Source of the DNA: Rhodanobacteraceae bacterium
Lineage (GTDB): Bacteria > Pseudomonadota > Gammaproteobacteria > Xanthomonadales > Rhodanobacteraceae
Direction: 5' to 3'
DNA: 48,212 nucleotides
NCBI GenBank assembly: GCA_036845145.1
Contig: DAIUEL010000002.1
Span: forward strand, 1-48,212
In this document: positions 43,998-48,212 of the stretch, in pieces
Numbering within the stretch: the stretch's first letter is position 1
How the letters are laid out: the number at the start of each line of letters is the position of its first letter
Made by a program: the position numbers and the translations under genes
Notes under the pieces: generated by a model
The model's database searches: none
Seen by the model: only the letters and a program-made list of their open reading frames with translations
Told to the model about the DNA's origin: nothing

Positions 43998-45494
43998 TCA
44001 CGACATCGCCCGCAGTCGCAAACCACGCGGCGTCAGCGCGCGTTCGATCAACTCGAACGCGCCCTGCATGACCAGTGCCAGCAAAGCGGCAGGCACCGCG
44101 CCTTCCATGATCAAAGGGAGGCTGTCGAGGCGGATGCCGGTAAGGATCGGCTGGCCGTAACCGCCTGCGCCGATCAGCGCGCCCAAAGTCGCGGTGCCGA
44201 CGTTGATCACCGCCGCGATCTTGATGCCCGCGAGTATCGAGCGCAGCGCCAGCGGCAATTCCACGCGCCACAACCGGACGCGTGGCGGCAACCCGAGTGC
44301 CGCCGCCGATTCCAGCAATGAGGGCTGGATGCCGGTCAATCCGGCGTGCGTGTTGCGCACGATCGGCAGCAGGCTGTACAGGAACAGCGCCGCGATCGCG
44401 GGCTCGGCGCCGATCCCGAACAGCGGGATCATGAACACGAACAGCGCCAGCGACGGCACGGTTTGCAGGATTCCCGTCAAGGCGATCACGATTTGTCCCA
44501 GCCTGCGACGGCGTGCGGCCAGGACACCGAGTGGCACCGCCAGCACGATCGCCAGGATGAGGGAAATGCCGACCAGCGCGAGGTGCTGCGCGGTGTAGCG
44601 CGCCATTCGGGGCCAGAATGCGCCGCCGCTTCCGGGCTCCGCCTCGACGCCAAGAAAATTGGCGGCAACGCTCGTCTCGCTCTTGCCGTCGATCTTCACC
44701 GCCTTGTTCATTGCCCGCATCCGTTGCGCGTCGATGCTGCCTTCGAGACGGTTCAGGACGGCGGCGAAATTCGGCGCACGCTGCTCGAGGTCGAGTCGAT
44801 ACAGGTAAACCGCTTCGTAGCGGGGGAAGTAATGCAGGTCGTCCTTCAGAACACGCAAGTGGTAATACGCGATTTCCGCATCGGTGCTGTACAGGTCGAT
44901 CGCGTCGACCGCGCCGGATGCGAGCGCACGATAGGCCAGGTCGTGATCCATGCCGCGCGCACCCATCGGCAGGTGGTAAGCGGCTTTCAGGCCGGGCCAG
45001 CCGTCGGCTCGGTTCATGAATTCGTTGGAGAACGCGAGTTGCAGGTCCGGGTGCCTGGCAAGATCGGAAATACCGCGGATGTGGAGCCTGCGCGCTTCGT
45101 CTTCCCGCATTCCGATTGCGTAGGTGTCGTTGAAGCCCAGGGACGCGGTGATCCCGATGCCGAGCTGCTTCAGCCGTTCGCGCAGCAGTGGAATGCCCGC
45201 GTCGGGCGGCACATCGTGCAAAAGTTCATGGACCAGGGTACCGGTGTATTCCGGATACGCGTCGATGTCGCCGCCCAGCAGTGCGCGCCACAGGATGCGC
45301 GTGCCGCCGAGGCCGCGTCGGTGCTCGACTGCGACGCCATGCTCCTTCGCGGCGAGCCGGGCGATTTCGCCCAGCACCACCGATTCGGTGAAGTTCTTCG
45401 AACCGATGACGACGGTTTCCGTGGAATGCGCGGCACGCAGCGGCACCAGCGCGGCCAGCGCGGCGAACGCCAGCATTGCAAGGCAGCGACTCAT
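43998..45494 (-). CDS. osmoprotectant (glycine betaine/choline-type) ABC transporter, fused substrate-binding and permease protein
   Basis: The N-terminal signal plus SBP half has IGSKNFTESVVLGEI and DAYPEYTGT. The C-terminal permease half carries the EAA-like loop (ESAAALGLPPRVRLWRVELPLA). Confidence 0.9.
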   Translation of the reverse strand: MSRCLAMLAFAALAALVPLRAAHSTETVVIGSKNFTESVVLGEIARLAAKEHGVAVEHRRGLGGTRILWRALLGGDIDAYPEYTGTLVHELLHDVPPDAGIPLLRERLKQLGIGITASLGFNDTYAIGMREDEARRLHIRGISDLARHPDLQLAFSNEFMNRADGWPGLKAAYHLPMGARGMDHDLAYRALASGAVDAIDLYSTDAEIAYYHLRVLKDDLHYFPRYEAVYLYRLDLEQRAPNFAAVLNRLEGSIDAQRMRAMNKAVKIDGKSETSVAANFLGVEAEPGSGGAFWPRMARYTAQHLALVGISLILAIVLAVPLGVLAARRRRLGQIVIALTGILQTVPSLALFVFMIPLFGIGAEPAIAALFLYSLLPIVRNTHAGLTGIQPSLLESAAALGLPPRVRLWRVELPLALRSILAGIKIAAVINVGTATLGALIGAGGYGQPILTGIRLDSLPLIMEGAVPAALLALVMQGAFELIERALTPRGLRLRAMS

Positions 45495-46270
45495 GCTGCC
45501 CCGGGCAGGGCGCGCTGCGCGGCCACGAATTCGCGCACGAACGGATCGGCGGGATGGCGCCGGAAATCTTCGAGGCTGCCGTCCTGCAGCACACGGCCGC
45601 GCCGCACCAGGATCAGCCGGTCGCTGAAGAACGCGGCTTCGGCGAGGTCGTGGGTCACCATGATCACCGTCTTGCCGAGGTTCCGAAATATCTCACGCAA
45701 CTCATCCTGCAGACCGTGGCGCACCAGCGGGTCGAGCGCGCCCAGCGGCTCGTCCAGCAGCAGGGTGGGCGGGTCCAGCATCAGTGCGCGCATCAAGGCG
45801 ACGCGCTGGCGCTGGCCGCCGGACAATTCCGCGGGGAAACGTCCGAACAACTCTTCACGGAGGTGGGCGAGGGCGGCGAGCTCGCCCGCGCGTTCGCGTA
45901 TGCGCGATGGCGTCCAGCCAAGGTGGCGCGGCAACAGCATGAGGTTGCCGAGCACGCTCAGGTGTGGAAACAGCCCGCCATCCTGGATCACGTAACCAAC
46001 CCGGCGACGCACCTCCAGCACGTCCTCGCGTCGCAGCGGCTCGCCATCGCACCGCACCTCGCCGGCCGTCGGCCATTCCAGTCCGATCAGCATCCGCAAC
46101 AGCGTGGATTTTCCGGAACCGCTGGTGCCGATCAGGGTGCTGGTATGGCCGCGCGCGAAGTCGAGACTGACATCATCGACGGCGCGCGTTGTTCCGAACG
46201 CACGAGTCGCGTGAACCAGTGCGAATGCCGAATCAGGGAGTTTGGTGCTGGCTTCCAGCGAGGCAGGCAT
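45491..46270 (-). CDS. ABC transporter ATP-binding protein
   Basis: Walker A GTSGSGKST, signature LSGGQRQRV, Walker B LLLDEP. The stop overlaps the downstream start (ATGA at 45491-45494). Confidence 0.92.
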   Translation of the reverse strand: MPASLEASTKLPDSAFALVHATRAFGTTRAVDDVSLDFARGHTSTLIGTSGSGKSTLLRMLIGLEWPTAGEVRCDGEPLRREDVLEVRRRVGYVIQDGGLFPHLSVLGNLMLLPRHLGWTPSRIRERAGELAALAHLREELFGRFPAELSGGQRQRVALMRALMLDPPTLLLDEPLGALDPLVRHGLQDELREIFRNLGKTVIMVTHDLAEAAFFSDRLILVRRGRVLQDGSLEDFRRHPADPFVREFVAAQRALPGAA

Positions 46271-46447
46271 CGTGGATGTTGCGCCGTTTGCGTCCGACCA
46301 CGGCGTAGTAATACAGCATGTTGCCTTCGCTGGACAGGCGGCGCCGGTCGCGCCGACTCATGTTTGCGGGTGCAAACGCGAGCGCCCCGGATCAATCCGG
46401 GGCAGGCTGAGGCGGCGCGAGTCGGGCGACGAGCCGTCAGGGCTTGC

Positions 46448-46807
46448 CTAATGCCGCGTGCGCTTGCCGCTGGCCGGGTTCATCTCGACGCTCACCGCGA
46501 ACGTGCGCTGTTCACCGGGTTGCATCGCGCCGACGCCGACCAGGCGCCGCGCGATTTCCTCGCCGCGTTCGTTGCGGATCGTCAGCACCATCGAATATTC
46601 CCACGCGCCGGCGTCGGACGGATTCCGGAAGCTGCCTTCGACGCGCAGCGGCGTCAGCGTGGCGGGCGCCGCCAGATCACCGGCCGGGCCGCCGTAACGC
46701 AGCTTGTGGTTGCACGCAGGACAAACCTGCGAGCTTTCCAGGATTGTCTCGCGGCAGTGCGGGCAGGTGCGCGTGGCGCCTGCCGCACCCGCCTGCGGCG
46801 GGGTCAT
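46448..46807 (-). CDS. zinc-ribbon protein (119 aa), translationally coupled to bactofilin
   Basis: MTPPQAGAAGATRTCPHCRETILESSQVCPACNHKL (CxxC-N13-CxxC) followed by a ~75-aa beta-looking domain. The ATG at 46807 overlaps the bactofilin stop (ATGA at 46804-46807). Confidence 0.6.
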   Translation of the reverse strand: MTPPQAGAAGATRTCPHCRETILESSQVCPACNHKLRYGGPAGDLAAPATLTPLRVEGSFRNPSDAGAWEYSMVLTIRNERGEEIARRLVGVGAMQPGEQRTFAVSVEMNPASGKRTRH

Positions 46808-47340
46808 TTGCCGTTGCCGTTGGTGTGGCCGTTGGTCTTGGGCGCGTCCGATGAACCGCCTTTGTCGTCCCAGCCGAACTCGGCCTGGCCGCGCATGCGC
46901 GAACCTTTGGCGACGCTGAAGGTGGTGGACTTCACGTCGCCGGTCAGGGCGCCCGTCTGCAGCAGCTCCACGTGCGCCGCGGTTTCGATGTTGCCGGTCA
47001 GTTCGCCCGCGATCGTTACGCGTTCCGCGCGCACGCTGCCGTTGACCTTGGCGCCATGTTCGATGGTCAGGTCGCCGCGCACATTGATGTCGCCCTTGAA
47101 GCGACCGGCAATGCGCACATGGCCGGCGCCTTCGATCTTGCCTTCGATCACGAGGTCGGGCGCGATGTGTGACTCGGACGCCGACTTCGCGGACGCAGCC
47201 GCGGGTTCGGGGCTGAAAGCCGCCGCTTTCGCGGCCGGCGCAGGGTGTTCGACTGGCTCGGGCATATCGAAGCGCGCCACGTCGGGCGGGTTCGGCAGCG
47301 GGGACGATGGGGACTTGGCGGGTTCTTTCCACAGGGCCAT
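46804..47340 (-). CDS. bactofilin-family cytoskeletal protein
   Basis: Pro/Ala-rich N-tail, then a beta-helix repeat core (IEGKIEGAGHVRIAGRFKGDINVRGDLTIEHGAKVNGSVRAERVTIAGELTGNIETAAHVELLQTGALTGDV). Confidence 0.88.
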   Translation of the reverse strand: MALWKEPAKSPSSPLPNPPDVARFDMPEPVEHPAPAAKAAAFSPEPAAASAKSASESHIAPDLVIEGKIEGAGHVRIAGRFKGDINVRGDLTIEHGAKVNGSVRAERVTIAGELTGNIETAAHVELLQTGALTGDVKSTTFSVAKGSRMRGQAEFGWDDKGGSSDAPKTNGHTNGNGK

Positions 47341-47655
47341 GACAGGGCTCCGGTTTGGTCAGGGAGGGCCGAGCGTACCGCCAATCAAGTCGGATGGGAA
47401 TGGAAAAATGAACAGAAAACCGTGTCGGCACGCGGAATTGTGCGGTGCTTCTCCGGTAATACCTGAGCAGGTATTCGATGGCGCTTGCGCACATCAGCCA
47501 TACCGGCGTCATTCCGGGGCCGCCCGCGTTGTTTGCAGGCGGATCCGGAATCGGCTCGCCTCGGAAACACACCGATGCCGCGCCATGGACCCGGCGCGGC
47601 ACCCGGAATGACGACAAGGAAGGTACCTTTTGGCGGGCGTGGATGAGCGGCAAGC

Positions 47656-48028
47656 ATGTCCATCGAAGCCGCCGCGCAAGGCGTGCCGGATGCGCGCATG
47701 CGATTTCCCGACGCCATGTTGGCCGAGCGCGTCGCCTTCCTGTTCACGCGCTATCAGGCGCTGGCCTTGTTGTTGCCGGCGCAGCCCGCAAAGCCGCGCC
47801 GCCGAAAGGGCGTGCGATGCGCTCGACCCACTGGGCGACACCGTGGCCGTGGTGGTCAACGTGCAGGACGTGACGGCCACGACTTCAGAGGGCGCGGATG
47901 CCGTTTTCCGCAATTGCCAGTTGCCGGAAGGGCAGCGTGCGTTCCTGCAGCCCAAGCGACAGATCGAGGTGCTTGATCCCGCAATCCGGAAGGCGTTCAA
48001 GGCGCAGCAGGGTTCATCGACGCATTGA
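47656..48028 (+). pseudogene. hypothetical protein split over two frames (frameshift near 47805-47815)
   Basis: GC3-rich coding signal runs in frame 1 (MSIEAAAQGVPDARMRFPDAMLAERVAFLFTRYQALALLLPAQPAKPRRRKGVR). It switches to frame 2 (ALDPLGDTVAVVVNVQDVTATTSEGADAVFRNCQLPEGQRAFLQPKRQIEVLDPAIRKAFKAQ..). No start codon is available for the second part. Confidence 0.4.
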
Positions 48029-48151
48029 GCCGTCACGCGTTGGAACTCCTGATCAACACGTATCCTCGTCATTTCCGCGCGAACGCGTGAACCAGTGACT
48101 TTCGCAACACCATAAGTCACCGGGTTCCGAATATCGCTACGCGATTCCGGG

Positions 48152-48212
48152 ATGACGGATAAAACCAGTACTTCCTTGGTGTCGATTCCCGCATTTCCCG
48201 TTCGTCGCCCAA
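48152..48212 (+). CDS. possible 5' end of a gene running off the window (MTDKTSTSLVSIPAFPVRRP..)
   Basis: An ATG with open frame to the window end; only 20 codons are visible. Confidence 0.2.
   Translation, partial: MTDKTSTSLVSIPAFPVRRP

Noticed and set aside
46263-46400. 45-codon minus-strand ORF (MSRRDRRRLSSEGNMLYYYAVVGRKRRN..) overlapping the start of the ABC ATPase gene
   Set aside because: It overlaps a well-supported gene start out of frame, has no ribosome-binding site and matches no recognisable family.
46448-47653. 401-aa minus-strand ORF
   Set aside because: It is a composite. Only the last 119 codons (zinc-ribbon protein) look real. The upstream part overlaps bactofilin out of frame and is Arg/Pro/Gly-rich.
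47509-48120. 203-aa minus-strand ORF
   Set aside because: It has Cys/Arg/Ser-rich composition and poor codon third-position bias. The plus strand carries the better, though frame-split, coding signal.
1-48212. Scan for CRISPR arrays, tRNA, rRNA and tmRNA genes
   Set aside because: There are no regularly spaced direct repeats with unique spacers. No tRNA-like T-arm/acceptor patterns or rRNA-like segments were recognised by eye. This cannot substitute for tRNAscan or covariance-model searches.

Overview
High-GC bacterial chromosomal segment. The gene content looks like a Xanthomonadales/Lysobacterales-type gammaproteobacterium, but that is inference only. I support about 40 protein genes and found no rRNA, tRNA or CRISPR array. 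Most long ORFs in the six-frame track are antisense or out-of-frame shadows typical of high-GC DNA. Three themes recur. (1) c-di-GMP signalling: a partial GGDEF gene, a REC-EAL gene coupled to a PAS hybrid kinase, a PAS-GGDEF-EAL gene and a GGDEF tail remnant. (2) Envelope redox and glutathione functions: sodC, lipid-anchored azurin, trxC, a DsbA-like protein, MAPEG, yqjG and chaC. (3) Secreted or periplasmic proteins: a PEP-CTERM protein with a sigma-54-type promoter, a signal-peptide-bearing minimal DNA ligase, a GH3 glucosidase and a PQQ-type dehydrogenase. The best candidate for something undescribed is a lower-GC insert of about 5 kb (about 1156-6230). It is bracketed by diverged direct repeats of the 3' end of xthA. 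It carries a PLD-family gene, a truncated RAYT transposase and a three-gene module (3251-5734). That module is a catalytically degenerate ATP-grasp paralog translationally coupled to an MvdC/MvdD-like ATP-grasp ligase, followed by a 170-aa protein whose centre is a period-3 (Glu-Lys-x) ladder. I read this as a possible new graspetide-like or protein-crosslinking system; no experiment or database search supports it. Other points of note are REP-like palindromic elements, several gene remnants and frameshifts, an ~80-bp island of about 25% GC ahead of a heme-oxygenase-like gene, and a bactofilin/zinc-ribbon pair.
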